64,000 bases of DNA, taken from assembly GCF_009914755.1 (NCBI RefSeq), contig NC_060936.1; one strand, given 5' to 3'. The notes below the pieces were generated by a model, which searched no databases, was not told the DNA's origin, and saw nothing but the letters and a program-made list of their open reading frames with translations. The translations under genes were made by a program, and so were the position numbers. The first letter of the stretch is position 1. Each line of letters begins with the position of its first letter. Of this stretch, positions 62,635-64,000 are shown piece after piece. Source of the stretch: the human T2T-CHM13v2.0 reference genome, Homo sapiens.

Positions 62635-62740
62635 CTAAAAAATACCACAGTTAACTATTTGTTTTTTATTCTTTCAGATATGCATTTATGTACATATGCA
62701 TTATATGGACACATTAACATAAATATATTTAAAGACATAG

Positions 62741-63028
<288 letters not shown>

Positions 63029-63046
63029 TGAGCCACTTTGCCAGGC

Positions 63047-63085
63047 ATGTATGTATGTGTATGAGTGTGTGTATATATGTGTGTG

Positions 63086-63121
<36 letters not shown>

Positions 63122-63131
63122 TACATATATA
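63047..63131. repeat. (TG)n(TA)n(CA)n compound microsatellite
   Basis: Seen directly between two Alus. Confidence 0.9.
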
Positions 63132-63158
63132 TTTGTTTGTTTGTTTTGTTTTGTTTGA

Positions 63159-63317
<159 letters not shown>

Positions 63318-63494
63318 TAGTAGACATGGGGTTTCTCCATGTTGGTCAGGCTGGTCTCGAACTCCTGACCTCAGGTAATCCACCCACCTGGGCCTCCCAA
63401 AGTGCTGAGATTACAGGTGTGAGCCACCACGACCGGCCCACCTCAGCCTCTTGAATAGCTGAAACAACAGGCACCCTGCCACCCCACCAGCTAA

Positions 63495-63682
<188 letters not shown>

Positions 63683-64000
63683 TAGTAGATACAGGGTTTC
63701 ACCATGTTGGCCAGGCTGGTCTCAAATTCCTACCCTCAAATGATCCACCTGCCTTGGCTTCCCAATGTGCTGGGATTACAGGTGTGAGCCATGGTGCCCA
63801 GTCATATTTCTGTATATGTGACATTTGCCCTTCTAGAACTTTGATCCAACTCTAGGGAATTGGCTTGGCAACCCTTTTTAATCTAATCTCTTTGTTTACT
63901 TACCTTGAACTTTTGGTCAAATGTTCACTACAGATAAACATGACTAAGTCAAAACAGTTGGAGAAGTAGAAATAAATTCCAGGTTGATGTGTTTTAATGA

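Overview
Human (hominoid) genomic DNA that I recognise from the encoded proteins as the WSB2-VSIG10 locus (12q24.23 from memory). The minus strand carries the complete 9-exon VSIG10 gene. Its ATG is at 42925 and its stop at 5939-5941. The spliced CDS is 1617 nt (538 aa): signal peptide, four Ig-like domains, a TM helix and an acidic poly-Glu tail. A ~3 kb 3'UTR ends near an AATAAA at 2908-2913. Directly downstream on the same strand are two alternative first coding exons of WSB2 (1399-1462 and 336-348). The rest is very Alu-dense intronic/intergenic DNA, with a HERV-K(HML-2) LTR5-type solo LTR inside an AluY ~2.3 kb upstream of the VSIG10 ATG and older ERV1/MaLR LTRs at 52-60 kb. The most notable observations are: (1) a candidate spliced antisense transcript inside VSIG10 (exons 26491-26646 and 41489-~41890) with a junction-spanning 71-aa ORF; (2) phase-compatible VSIG10-to-WSB2 read-through; (3) a frame-controlling 16-nt microexon; (4) two dispersed duplications joined by microrepeats in the 3'UTR; (5) a degenerate ~57-bp repeat with a strand-skew flip in the WSB2 promoter; (6) a dense CCAAT/ETS/GC/AP-1/CTCF module near 60.2 kb. 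All coordinates were read by eye, no database searches were run, and repeat subfamily names are from memory.
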